This document shows positions 1-11,800 of a stretch of DNA of 64,000 nucleotides, one piece after another. Position numbers and translations under genes: made by a program. The notes under the pieces are model-generated. The model was not told where the DNA came from. It worked only from the letters and a program-made list of their open reading frames with translations, and searched no databases. The DNA is from Octopus bimaculoides (taxonomy: Eukaryota). Within the stretch, counting starts at the first letter, position 1, and every line of letters starts with the position of its first letter. The stretch covers positions 17,150,388 to 17,214,387 of the forward strand of contig NC_068991.1 in assembly GCF_001194135.2 (NCBI RefSeq), read 5' to 3'.

Positions 1-409
1 TTCTTATGTTAGCATGAAAAAAACACAGGCATGAAAAAACACAGGCCTATTTTAAAACAGTCAAACTGTCATGATAAAAACTCATCACTACAGAATAAAG
101 CATTGTTAGGACAAATTTCCATGCTGTTTTAGTGAGTTCAGTTGCAGACATGAATTGTCTTCTCCTCCTCCCCACCAGCACCACCACTCTGTATCCAAGC
201 CCGTGAGGTGGCGGCTGGGAAAGTTCATAACTAGGTAAACTTCCTTTCTTTGAATTTTCAAGAAAGCAAAAGAAAAATTCAACAATAGCCGATAGTACTA
301 AAATTTGGCTATAAGATAAATTAACGAAAGTAGAAAAGGAGGAAAAAGAAGAAAAAAGGGTAACTATTGTGGAAACGTCAGGATCAGAAAAAATTGCTAG
401 AAAAAACAA

Positions 410-534
410 ATGCTAAATGAAATTTTAAACTTGCTATTTTTCCTGCTAAATGCTAGATTAAAAAATTTTCCTGCTAAATGTTGAAAAAAAAAAATGCTAG
501 ATCTAGCATAAAATATGCTAAATTGGCAACCTTG
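410..534 (-). mobile_element. Probable DNA-transposon end (CAAGGTTGCCA terminus, repeated TGCTAAA subterminal motifs)
   Basis: The minus strand begins CAAGGTTGCCAATTTAGCA, close to CAGGGTTGCCA-type TIRs; the other end is not identified. Confidence 0.35.
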
Positions 535-552
535 GTTTCATTGCATTAGCAT

Positions 553-1182
553 NNNNNNNNNNNNNNNNNNNNNNNNNNNNNNNNNNNNNNNNNNNNNNNN
601 NNNNNNNNNNNNNNNNNNNNNNNNNNNNNNNNNNNNNNNNNNNNNNNNNNNNNNNNNNNNNNNNNNNNNNNNNNNNNNNNNNNNNNNNNNNNNNNNNNNN
701 NNNNNNNNNNNNNNNNNNNNNNNNNNNNNNNNNNNNNNNNNNNNNNNNNNNNNNNNNNNNNNNNNNNNNNNNNNNNNNNNNNNNNNNNNNNNNNNNNNNN
801 NNNNNNNNNNNNNNNNNNNNNNNNNNNNNNNNNNNNNNNNNNNNNNNNNNNNNNNNNNNNNNNNNNNNNNNNNNNNNNNNNNNNNNNNNNNNNNNNNNNN
901 NNNNNNNNNNNNNNNNNNNNNNNNNNNNNNNNNNNNNNNNNNNNNNNNNNNNNNNNNNNNNNNNNNNNNNNNNNNNNNNNNNNNNNNNNNNNNNNNNNNN
1001 NNNNNNNNNNNNNNNNNNNNNNNNNNNNNNNNNNNNNNNNNNNNNNNNNNNNNNNNNNNNNNNNNNNNNNNNNNNNNNNNNNNNNNNNNNNNNNNNNNNN
1101 NNNNNNNNNNNNNNNNNNNNNNNNNNNNNNNNNNNNNNNNNNNNNNNNNNNNNNNNNNNNNNNNNNNNNNNNNNNNNNNNNN
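553..1182. other. Assembly gap (N run); further gaps at 15486-16199, 44690-44789, 56280-56379 and several 10-N gaps
   Basis: N characters; ORF calls spanning them are artefacts. Confidence 0.99.
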
Positions 1183-1579
1183 GTGTATATATATATATGG
1201 GAATAAGCATATATATTTATGTGTATATATATGTATGTGTATGTACGTGTGTGTGTGTATTTGTTTGTTTTACTGTCTCCTTGCCTTGACATCAGGCAAC
1301 AGTTGTAAGAGAGTAGAATGCCATTGATATAAAAAAAAGTGTTCTTTGTTTACAATTTTCCAATGTCTGGGCATTGTGAAATATAACATTACTTAAAAAC
1401 AGGAGGGGGTTGACAAAACGAGAATGGCATCTGGCTATACAAAAATCTGTCTAATTCATATGAGTATGAAAAAGTGAATGCTTCATGTATATATATATAT
1501 ATATGCATGTGTGTGCCTGTGTGTATCTGATTGTGCTAGTGCTTCAATTCTGCATATATCTCTTTGGTACTCAGTTATG

Positions 1580-1826
1580 ACAATGTGGGTTCCAGTTGAT
1601 CCAGTCAAGGGAACAGCCTGCTCGTGAAATTAACATGAATATAGCTGAGCACTCTACAGACACATGTACCCTTAATGTAGTCCTCAGAGAGATTCAGCAT
1701 GACATAGAATGTGACGAGGCCAGCCCTTTAAAATACAGGTACAGCTGATTGAAATAAAGTCGCCGGAATTGAACTCACGACCTTACAGTCGTGAACCAGA
1801 TACCCTAACCACTAAGCCATGTGTTT
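1580..1826 (-). mobile_element. tRNA-derived SINE, family C (second copy ~24805-25110 minus)
   Basis: Head ATGGCTTAGTGGTTAGGGTAT...GTGAGTTCAATTCC with A/B boxes; body CCAGTTGATC...GAACAGCCTGCTCGTGAAATTAAC shared with the 24.8 kb copy. Confidence 0.8.
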
Positions 1827-2708
1827 TCATTTTGTGTATGTACTTAATTGCTGACATTTACCTTTGGTTTCTCCCATTGTTTTGATGTGAAATTTTGTAT
1901 CATTAACCTTTTAGTATTCAAACTAGCAATATCCAGCCCAAATATTCTGTTTTTTTGTTCAAACTGGCCAGATCAGGTTTCTCACACCTACCCTGCAATG
2001 CTATTCTAGAAAAAAATATGAACTATCACATCATTGAAATCTCAAAGCGGCAAGATAATGTATGATAAATTTAAAACATTGTGACTAAATAATTGTTAAA
2101 TTTGACCGAGTAATCTGAAAGCTAAAAGGTTGATAAACTGCTGGCATTTCTGACAGCACGAACATGCTGGTGTGATGATGATGCTACTGATGATGATGGT
2201 GGTGGTGGTGGCGGCGGTTTTAATGTTTTTAGTTTTGACCACGTGGGACAAAACATGGATTACAAAATAAATGAAATAACACCGTGGGTATTAATATATA
2301 AATCGTGTAAAAAACGAAAATAAGAAAAGTGTAATTATTATAATATAATTTTATGATCGTGGTAATAATAATGTGTGTGCATATAAGTGAAATATATTAA
2401 TATCTTTTGAAAATTTTAATCTAAAATGTCACCTGTAAAATGAAACAGAAATGATGTTTCCAACTCAAAACTTCAAAAATAAAGATACATACGTAGTGTA
2501 CGTGCGCGTGTGACGGTGAGAGAGACAATCAGACAGAGTAAGAAAGGGAGTGAGAGAGAAAGAAAGAGTGAGTGAAAGAGAGGCAGATACACAGACAGAC
2601 GACAGCGATGAAGTAAAATATCCAAGTAAGCAGATGTAATAAATGGTTACACAATTTTTGGTCAGCATTAGCATAAATACCCAAACATGGAGTAAAAGAC
2701 AACATTAC

Positions 2709-3001
2709 CTTTGGAAATAATGCAACAGAAAAAGGCATAAAAGGATTCTGTTGGGCCATTCTTTCAACTGGGGTGAGTCGGTGAATAGAAAGAGGCACGC
2801 GGGGAGCCAGAGGCACGGCGATTCTTGTATAACCCAAGCAACCTTGCAATTAATTAAGTAACCCCAAACGCGAGAAGAATAGCGACCATAGGGTGCCGGA
2901 GTTATGAAGAGCATTATGAATGTGACCACTGCGAAAATGTAAAAGTATATACTTATATATTTCACAAGTTCTCTGTCGTCACCAAGTAAAGTTTCCAACA
3001 T
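2709..3001 (-). CDS. SRD5A1: Steroid 5-alpha-reductase (3-oxo-5-alpha-steroid 4-dehydrogenase 1-like), first coding exon; downstream exons not found in the window
   Basis: ORF MLETLLGDD...TPAPYGRYSS...AWVIQESP...LCLFLLHYFQR has the family motifs APYGRY, AWxxQExP and LFxxHYxxR. It ends at a GT donor (AG|GTAATG, GT at 2708-2707) inside the Arg codon, matching the exon 1 boundary I recall for vertebrate SRD5A1/2. Confidence 0.9.
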
Positions 3002-3699
3002 TTTGTCTTCGCTTCGGATTTACTATTGACGATCAAGGGTTGGTGTTGATTGTCGCGGATTGTAACAACTTCTGGCTTGACAATACTTATATGCGCTCAT
3101 TAAATAATAGGCGTTGTTTTACGAGGTAATCAGGTTTATTTCTAAAGGTTTCGATTTCACATCCTGTATAAAAAAAAATAAACATATACCAGAATTATTA
3201 AAGAAAACAAAAACAATAAGAAACGAAATGTGTTTTTATTATTACTTACTTGAGAATCATAGTTATCTTTCTCTTTTTTACTAAACAAGAATTTTTACTT
3301 CGTTTTTATTTACATCTCACCAGTGTAAATACTTTATAATTACTCTCCCTAGACACAAAAAGAAGTTTTACGCTGTTGAAAAACAATAAAGTATGTTCTA
3401 TCACATTTATATTGTCAACATATGTAAGAAAAAAACATTAGTTACATTTTAAAAATTAGCGTTTAATAGATAATAAAAATACTATTCAGAATACAAAACG
3501 ATATCCAGTTATTTGTGGGGTGGTAAGTTAACTGTATTGTTTGCGTGTTGTCGGTTTTACGGATCTACGGCAGAGGTTTAGGAAGCGGGTGGCAGACATA
3601 TAATGAATATTTTAGAGTAACACCTCACACATACACTTCGAAAAGGAGAAACATCTCTCTCTCTCTTTACTACATATATATGTGTGTGCGCGCGTGTAT

Positions 3700-3708
3700 A
3701 CATTATAC

Positions 3709-3769
<61 letters not shown>

Positions 3770-3790
3770 TAGATAGATAGATAGATAGAA
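3700..3790. repeat. (AT)n/(GATA)n microsatellite; similar (AT)n, (AC)n, (AG)n tracts at ~4141-4210, 18410-18446, 34010-34190, 35678-35741, 46560-47250, 54600-54720 and elsewhere
   Basis: Seen directly. Confidence 0.97.
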
Positions 3791-4002
3791 ACAACAATAT
3801 ATATAAACACACTCACACACACACAGTTACGTTGCAATAGGAGAACCAATTTTTCATTTCGTAAAGGAATTGGATGGCAAATGTGTAAAAAGTTAAATGT
3901 TTTTGACAAGAAATATGAATCTTCATCAACTCGATGCCAAAAATTCTTTCACAAAAGGTAAAAAAATCACCTAATTCTTTGCCTTTTCTCTTTTCTGTAC
4001 AG

Positions 4003-4074
4003 TAGTTATAGCGATTCTGAAAGTCCGACCCTGCCTCAGCGGTGTATATAGTAAAACAGTTTATTTACCAATTC
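4003..4074 (+). other. Candidate 72-nt internal exon of a transcript divergent from SRD5A1
   Basis: Branch-like CCTAAT, long polypyrimidine tract and CAG at 4000-4002; donor C|GTAAGT at 4075; one frame open. No homology recognised. Confidence 0.35.
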
Positions 4075-4161
4075 GTAAGTAAACAAAAAATAAGATTGGC
4101 TTTCGATACATGGAATATATGCATGTTATTACCAATAACACAGAGAGAGAGAGAAAGAGAG

Positions 4162-4206
<45 letters not shown>

Positions 4207-4480
4207 GAGAGATTTCAAATCAAACATACGTATTCAGTCAAACTTACTTTGGAGATAAATTATTCTCTGGCTGATGCGCACGTTACGTGTGTTATATAAA
4301 AGTATTATATAACCCCGACACAATCTCACTCTTTCCGTCTCGCGTGAACATGAATGCATACATATAATAAAATATGAATTCAGAGATAACATAACATCAT
4401 TGAGGCTAAATGTAGACTAAAAAGCACATGGCTCCCCGAGTTGCAGGTACCCTGAGCTGGCCCTGCCTACATACCTACAT

Positions 4481-4851
4481 TGGGGCCCTGGGATATGTAA
4501 CACACTGCCTCACTGCCTAAATACCAATCTTGAGAAATTAGGCTTCTCAAAAACAGAAAGGAGAAAGCTGATTCGAAGACTACAGATCCAAGCCATCACT
4601 GGAACTGTAAAAATCTGTAAAACTTTCCAGAAGTTTAACATTTAAGTATATATGAGCATGTCTAGATATAAGAATACATACATAAAACAAAATATACAAA
4701 TCTACACATATGCATGCATCCAAAAACATCCTATTGATGCTGTTGAAATTCCAATGAAGGAGCCTTGGATCTAGGTTAGAAACCGGCTCTTCCTATATTG
4801 GCAAGAAATCTTGAAATTAAACTGAATAATGACATACTTACATACATACAT
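4481..4851 (+). mobile_element. R4/Dong-like RLE LINE, 3' fragment with 3' UTR and (ACAT)n tail
   Basis: Translates as GALGYVTHCL...LEKLGFSKTERRKLIRRLQIQAITGTVKICKTFQKF, an RLE-domain C-terminus. Homologous to 8600-8750. Flanked by ACAT repeats on both sides. Confidence 0.75.
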
Positions 4852-5459
4852 AAGTGATGAGGAATGTTACAGATACCTAGGGGTAGATGAAAATATATCT
4901 TATGATAGCACCTGTATCAGGACACGTGTCACTAAAGAGTATTACAGCCGAATAAGGAAGAAAAGAACTTCAGAACTCTCTGCATTTAGTAAAACAGTAA
5001 CTCACAATGCGTTTGCAGTACAGTACTCATACCAACATTTGGGTTACTTGATTGGACGCTTTATGACATCTGAGCTATTGATGTAAAAACCCGGAACCAG
5101 CACAAATAATTTTCACTTCAACAGAAACGTAAACCGCCTATAATTAAAATGAAAACAAAAAGGCAGAGGCTTAGCATCGACCAAAACTACCTTTGAATAT
5201 CATATCGCATCCCTCCAGCAACATCTTTTAACCATCAAGTGTCGAAGTGCATCCCAAGACCAAGTTTGCACACAAGAGGCAAATGACATGAGACTTGGAA
5301 AGTAGCTCCTCAAGCAGCGTTCCTTGTCTGACAACTTTGAGTATATACCCAAAGAAATTGCACGACTCTACCGCAGCGTATTATCAGATGAAAGGATGAG
5401 TGTGTATCAGAAGAAGACCATGCATGGATATGTTAACTGAAAGCTCCAGTATGGCAGTA
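4852..5459 (+). mobile_element. R4/Dong-like LINE, 5'-truncated copy, left part (RT C-terminal region), pseudogenised
   Basis: ORF 4829-5086 DEECYRYLGVDENISYD...VTKEYYSRIRK...SELSAFSKTVTHNAFAV resembles the YxYLGV RT motif and thumb; reading continues ...MHGYVN.KLQYGSNI up to the insertion point. Confidence 0.75.
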
Positions 5460-5463
5460 ACAT

Positions 5464-5662
5464 TCTTTTCTAATCTAGGCACAAGGCTCGAAATTCTGAG
5501 GGGGGGGGCAGTCGATTAGACCGACCCCAGTACGCAACTGGTACTTAATTTATCGACCTCGAAAGGATGAAAGGCAAAGTCGACCTTGGCGGAATTTGAA
5601 CTCAGAACATAAAGACAGATGATATACCACTAAGCATTTCTCCCAGCGTGCTAACGTTTCAG
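5464..5662 (-). mobile_element. tRNA-derived SINE, tail type B (CCTTGTGCCTAGATTAGAAAAG); head displaced to 7621-7670
   Basis: Body AACGTTAGCACG...TTCTGAGTTCAAATTCCGCC...; an 11-bp TSD GTATGGCAGTA at 5449-5459 and 7674-7684 brackets the whole SINE/ORF1 composite. Confidence 0.8.
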
Positions 5663-5833
5663 ATTTCTTTATTGCCCACAAGGGGCTAAACATAGTAGGA
5701 ACAAACAAGGACAGACAAAGTGATTAAGTCGATTACATCGACCCCAGTGCGTAACTGGTACTTAATTTATCGACTTCGAAAGGATGATAGGCAAGGTCGA
5801 CCTCGGCAGAATTTGAACTCAGACGAAAGACCG
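5663..5833 (-). mobile_element. tRNA-derived SINE, tail type A (TTTGTCTGTCCTTGTTTGT...GCAATAAAGAAAT), body and tail
   Basis: Matches the complete copies at 33164-33390 and 28595-28826; lacks an adjacent head. Confidence 0.85.
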
Positions 5834-7620
5834 ATTTCTTTATTAGGCATAAAGCCCTAAACACAGATGCGGACACCACAAGGACAGACAAGACCACAGT
5901 GGGGACAAAAGCATAAAACGAATGTAAATGGGATGAAATTATATAATAATGAAAAAAATGAAAATGGCCTCACGGGCCCCACTCCCATGCGGTACCATTT
6001 GAACCATTATATGTACTGTCTACAATTGTCCTTTTTCCTACTCTTATCACCATTATTTTCCTAAAAATAACATTTAACATACTTTTTTTCTCTCTTTTAG
6101 TAGAATTTCATCAGTGGTTCAATATCTCTCATATTCACTACTGGTGGCAACTCCTTGAATTCCACCTCCACTCCTGGTGGGTCAACACTATCTACACATC
6201 TCTTTCAACTTTCTGTAGTTCTCTTCTTCAATCAGTATTACCTTCATATCCTCTACGTAGACGTATGAAGGCACCTTCACTCTTACTATTGAATTAAACT
6301 TAATAATCTTTTTTACTGTTTCTACATTCTTTGGGTATGTCACATAATCCCACATTCCATCTCCTCCTCGTATCTTCTTTCCTTTGTACTTTTAGTTATC
6401 TTTTTCCTTCCTCTATCCTAAATAATCTCTCCAACTCTCCTTCCTGCAGTTATATTTCCGATTCCTTCTCCACTGGAACAACCGGTATCTTCACTGGTAA
6501 CTCCACTTTCTTTTTACTTTCCCTTTTTTTCTTCCTTCCTACTGCTCTCCTTCACAGTTTCTTTTCTCACCTCTTCTCTCTTCTTTTTCTGTTTCTCTGG
6601 CGGAGAACTCATTCCTCCGCACCTCTTTCTTTTCTTTTTAACCATAGTAAATCCATTCTCTGTTTCTTTTTCTGTTACTATGATCTGGTCCACACTCTCC
6701 TTTCTCTCCACCTATTCTGCTTGTTGTTCTCTTTGGGCGCACCACGCCTTCATGTGGCCCCTCTCTCCACATGTGAAACATATCGGCGGCCTTTCCTCCA
6801 CAATAAGTCTCAATCTTACATCTTCTGGCAGCAGAATCTCATCCACTACACTGTTCAAATCCTCCGTAATTGCCTGTATAGTTAATTCGATACCATACCC
6901 TCAGTAGTTTACTTTCTGGGTCCTAGTAACCTTCAAGATCATTCCATCCTTCATAGTATATGTTACTGCTGTCATCAGCCATTCTTCTTTTAATTCGGGT
7001 AGCACCCTACCCACTCACACTTTAGCCACACGTTTGCCGCAGTACGAAGGCAAGAGCACCCATTCTTCAGACCTTATTGCCTCTGTGGAGTGCTTTATCG
7101 CTTCCTCCTCCGTTGTGAAGCGCACCTCCACAGTGGCGTATCTCCTCCCTCTTGTAACGTATGTTGTAACTCTTTACAATTCCTTAATACATTCCTCTAT
7201 GGCTTCTATCGGCGCAATCTCTATTTTCCTCGTAGCTGTCTTCATGGTTTTAAATGTTACCGTTCTTTTTAACACGTTGGCCGATAACTCTTCCGGTGGC
7301 GTTAGCTTCACTATGTTACCTTCCTTAGTGGTTAATTTTTCACTTTCCTTCATCTTTCTGGGCTCCACTTTTATTTCTCGGACCTCTAACTCTTGCACGC
7401 CTACTCCTTTGCTCGTTGTGGCTGCATAACTGGGGCCTGCCTCCGGCGCCTTCTCCATTTTCCCACAATGGGAAACAAAACAACAATTAACCAATCAACA
7501 ACGGCAACAATTAAACAACAATTCAATCAACAGTTCAATAAACAGTTCAATAAACAGTTCAATAAACAGTTCAATAAACAGTTCAATAAACAGTTCAACT
7601 TAAACTTACGTATTAACTTC
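5834..7620 (-). mobile_element. ORF1-only non-LTR retroelement (HAL1-like), near full-length copy 1
   Basis: One frame from ATG 7458 to ~6514 with in-frame stops: MEKAPEAGPSYAA...YATVEVRFTTEEEA...VGRVLPELKEEWL...LIVEERPPICFTCGERGHMKAWC (CX2CX4HX4C), then a K/E-rich region and a degenerate C-terminal segment to ~6100. No RT or endonuclease before the SINE-A-like tail at 5834-5900. Confidence 0.75.
7517..7598. repeat. 12-bp tandem repeat (AACAGTTCAATA) x ~7 in the 5' UTR of the ORF1-only element
   Basis: Five perfect units (7529-7588), one partial and one degenerate unit. Confidence 0.95.
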
Positions 7621-7670
7621 ACAGCTAAGCAGTTCGCCCGGCGTGCTCACGTTTCTGCCAGCACGCTGCT
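7621..7670 (-). mobile_element. SINE tRNA-like head, separated from its body by the ORF1-only element
   Basis: AGCAGCGTGCTGGCAGAAACGTGAGCACGCCGGGCGAACTGCTTAGC matches the head of the intact SINE at 33164. Confidence 0.85.
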
Positions 7671-7684
7671 TTTGTATGGCAGTA

Positions 7685-8059
7685 TAAGAGTTGGATGAGA
7701 TATGACGGCTCGGCCGTCTCTCCCCAGTTCTTATATTAATCATTAAAATTCAGAAATACAACACGAGGGATAACGGTAACAGCAGATCAATAGTTTATTC
7801 TAGGTTGGTGTAGAGCCGTTTAGTTCCTGGGTGAATAGGCATGCCGCTAGAATACCAAAGAAGCTTCGGCCACATGTCGGGGTCGAGCTGAGAGATACGT
7901 ATTGTCGCCACCGCTGCTAGAGAGGGAAGAGAGCGAACGCTATTTCTTTCTCTCTACCTGTTGCATTGCGCGTGCGTGCTCGGGTACTTCCACTGACGGC
8001 AAATCCCTTGCACATGCGCGATGGCACTTCCCAAGATGGCGGCCAAACGCGTCACTACA
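7685..8059 (-). mobile_element. Solo LTR-like element (~375 bp)
   Basis: The minus strand starts TGTAGTGAC, is CpG-rich and has AATAAA in its 3' third. Flanked by a 6-bp duplication GCAGTA (7679-7684 and 8060-8065). The 3' terminus reads ...CTCTTA rather than CA. Confidence 0.6.
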
Positions 8060-8800
8060 GCAGTAATATTAATAATCAAAGTAGTCTATCATGGTCCAAC
8101 AAACCGGATTACTAACTCACACTGTGAAGGGTATGCGTTTGCCATCCAAGAACAGGAAATAACCAAATACCTGATGCACAGAAAGGACAGCGACGCAGAA
8201 AACATCAAAATGTGATAATTGATGCAGACTCTATGGAGTTAACACCGAAGATATATCACTCACATCATAAGCAATTTTCCAAAATTGTTATCGCTGTATT
8301 ATCTACCGGTGAGACATGATGTAGCCAAGACACTGTATAAGGAGATCCGACGGAAGGATAATGCTAAGGCCAAAGAGATAAGAACCCAGAGTATAGTAGA
8401 GCCATAGCCATTCATAGTATGAAAAAGTACTGGTGGAATGCCTCAATAAAATGTAAAAATAATAGAGCAGACAGAGTGATTTGGGACATGCCCACTGAAC
8501 GTCAACACAAAGCTGAAGATCAGTGAAAAAGAAAACACCTACGTTGAACTGTTGAGAAATTTACAGTTACTCTATCCAAATTACAAGTTCGGGTTTATAC
8601 CTGTAATTATTGGGGCACTGGGATGTGTAACAAACTGCTTAAGCGCCAGTCTTGAAAAATTAGGCTTCTCAAACCCCAAAAGGAGAAAACTAATTGGAAG
8701 ATTACAGATTTCAGCTATCAATTGAACTGTAAAAATTTGTAAAATTAGTAGTTCAGTATTTGCGTATGTCTAGAAATGCAACTATATGCATGAGAACATA
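8060..8800 (+). mobile_element. R4/Dong-like LINE, right part of the same copy (CCHC zinc finger and RLE nuclease), pseudogenised
   Basis: SNINNQSSLSWSN...HCEGYAFAIQEQEITKYL...KENTYVELLRNLQLLYPNYKFGFIPVIIGALG continues the frame interrupted at 5459. Confidence 0.75.
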
Positions 8801-8897
8801 TATTTATCTCAAAAGAAAAGAAAACTCAGCAGGTCTTGATCAGCTTTTAGAGATCTCCGTTAGATGTGGAAGGAAAGAGCTTTTAGTCCATCATTGC

Positions 8898-11800
8898 TGT
8901 TGTAGGGAATTAGTAATAATAGTACACCCCAACCACGTGGGTACTAATAGCGATACTGCGTATACCGAAGTGGGTGTTTTAATAATCCAACATTATAAGG
9001 ATTACAACAGTGACGACGAGGATTTTAACAACTCACGGTGAATTAACAACTTTTGAGGAGTTAACAAACTCATAATGTTACTGTTGAGTGAATTTTACGA
9101 AAAAAATCGTAAAAATCATGGAAAATTTGTTGGCCGGTTTGCTCGAGTTGCAAAAACAGCAACAACAACTGAAAGAACAACAAAAACTATTACAGTAACA
9201 AATACTGCAATTCATGAAGTCGTCAGGAAATTCAGAAAAAAGTGTTCTCGCCAGACTATGTCGCGAACTCCAAAACAGAGTTCAAGTACGAACCTGACAA
9301 AGGAGTTAACTTCGAAGAATACTACAGAAGATATGAGCAAATCTTCGAGAAAGAATGTAAAGATTGGGACGACGAGATGAAAACGCGCTTAATTTTGAGA
9401 AAACTGGCAGCAACAGACAACAGTAATTATGCACTTCCAAGAAAACCTTCGGACAAATTTTAATGACTCAATTGATATATTGTGTAAAATTTTCAGTGAA
9501 AAAAGCTCATTGTTCAACAAACGTTGGAAGTGTTTGAACATAGAGAAAAACAACGACGAAGACTGTATTACATATGCTGTTAGAGTAATCAGGGAATGCG
9601 AGAAGTTTAAGCTGGATACATTATTTTCAGATATGTTCAATTGCCTGATTTTCATACAGGGACTAACTGCCAAAAAGAACGCAGACGTCAGAACTAGAAT
9701 TCTTGCAAACCTGAGCAAAAAGTGTCTGAAGAAGGTGAAAGGCTACTTAAATTAAGACATGACACAGAGGAAATTGAACACAAAGATTGTTCCCAAGTAA
9801 AACTAGTGTGGAATAGTCTGAATAGAGATAAAGTGTTTTCTAAAAAACACGACAAACACCAGGATATAAACCCATGTTTTGCATGTGTTGATATGGACCT
9901 GAGGAAAAGTTGTCCATTTAAAAAAGCAGAGTGTTTTCATTGAGGAAATATAGGACAATTAAGACGCACTGTAGAAAGAAAATGATAAAACGTCAGAATA
10001 AAGGGAAAAAAATATATTTTGTCATCGAAAAAAATAAATGGGTAATACAACGAACAGAAAATTCGTACATGTGAAAATTAAAAATACGAGTGTAAAACTG
10101 AAGTTCGACACATGTAGTGACATGACTATTATAAACGAAAAAACGTTGGAACATATCAGTAAGCCGAAATTAATTAAATCTAAAAAGGTAGCACATGGTG
10201 TTACTGGTAATAGATTATATTTTATCGGTGAATACGTATGTGACGTAACATTTCGAGGTCAAACGAAAAAGGCTATGATATATGTATTAAAACATTCACT
10301 TAATTTATATGGTATAAAGTGGATAAAACTATTCAGTTTATGGAATACACCCATAAGTGTTTTGCGTAGAAATATAATCGCCTCAGTCGAACGTTCAAAT
10401 GCGGCTGAAGGACTGAAACGAAAAAATCGCAGTAAAACAAAGTAGAACACATATATTTAAATCAAAACTAAATGCACCGTTCACGAAAAAAATTCCCACG
10501 ATAAAAGGCGAACCTTAGAAAAACGTAGATGTTCCGTGGTCGAGACTACACATCGATGTAGCGAGTCCATTAAATGGTTCTTACTACTAAGTGATAGTTG
10601 ATAGTTTTTCAATATGGCCTAAAATTTACAAGTGTAAAAAAAACAACCTACTCAACTGTGATATAGTTTTTACACGAATTGTTTGCAAGATTTGGCATCC
10701 CAAATAAGATAGTGTCTGGCAATGGAACGTAATTTGTGTCGAGCGAATTCAAAAAAAATTGTGAAACGTTGGTAGTAGAACATATAACTACGGCGCCATA
10801 CCACCCCAGATCTAATGGACAGGCAGAACGCTTTGTCGATACCTTCGAAAGAGCCATTAGAAAATCAAATGAGGAGGTCACTCAACAATATTTAAGAGTG
10901 TATCGTGTGACACCAAATCCAAATACACCAGCAGGTAACTCACCAGCGGAGCTAATGATTGTAAGGAAAGTAAAATCAATTTTTGATGAAATGCTACCTG
11001 GCAAGAAAAGAAAAAGTGCCAGGGAAGACATAACAAGATTTTTTTAAGTTGGTGAAAAGGTGTATATGAGGCCATACAAGAATGGAAAGCAGGGTTGGGA
11101 AGATGGCGTAATAACCTAGTGCATAGGTAAAATGATATATTGGGTAAAAAGTAGAAAAGGCATACAAAAGAGACACAGGAACCAACTGAAAAAGAGATTC
11201 GTGGAAACTGAACCAAAGAAGTTGGAGGAACCCCATGGAATGGTTGTACGATACGTCCCAAGTATCAACGTCACGACAAGTGATTGAACCCAGGCGTACA
11301 AATGAGAGGAAAAGAAAACATACAGTGTTCCTGAAAAAAGATGCCAAGAGAAAAAAATATTAAATTGTTCGAAAAAAAAATCTCGGAAAGGGGAGGTGGA
11401 GTGAATAAAAAAATCATTGCTGAATAAAATGACAGTTCTAAGAAAAACTTAGAGAGATGTTGTAGGAATTAGTAATAATGGTACACCCCTCCCACGTGAC
11501 GAGTAGAATGATCCAGTCACAATAAGTAAGGTGACGTCGGCCATGGTGGGGATTCGGTGTGGATGCGCTCGTGCACATAACCTTGCCAGATCTGCACAAC
11601 ATAGCAGAAGAGGTGGAGCTCCCCGACGGAACACGACTGAAAGTTGTGGTGGAGGGAAGACCACCAATATGTTATAAATGTAAAAGTAGGGGACACATGC
11701 AGGCGGTGTGTCCCCGCAGAGAAGTACAAGTGGATGAAATAGAGGTCTGTTAAGAGGAGATGGTGGAAGGCGTACAAGAGGAGGTGGAGAAAAAGCAGGT

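Noticed and set aside
515-1327. Long ORFs over N gaps (also 15340-16319, 44567-45050, 56182-56746)
   Set aside because: Open only because N codons contain no stops.
4755-4800. Hammerhead-like motif in the R4 3' UTR (also the HERO 3' end near 14245-14300)
   Set aside because: A GAAAC and a small stem are present, but the CUGANGA core is missing or misplaced.
7517-7598. CRISPR-like array
   Set aside because: Contiguous 12-mers with no spacers, in a eukaryotic context.
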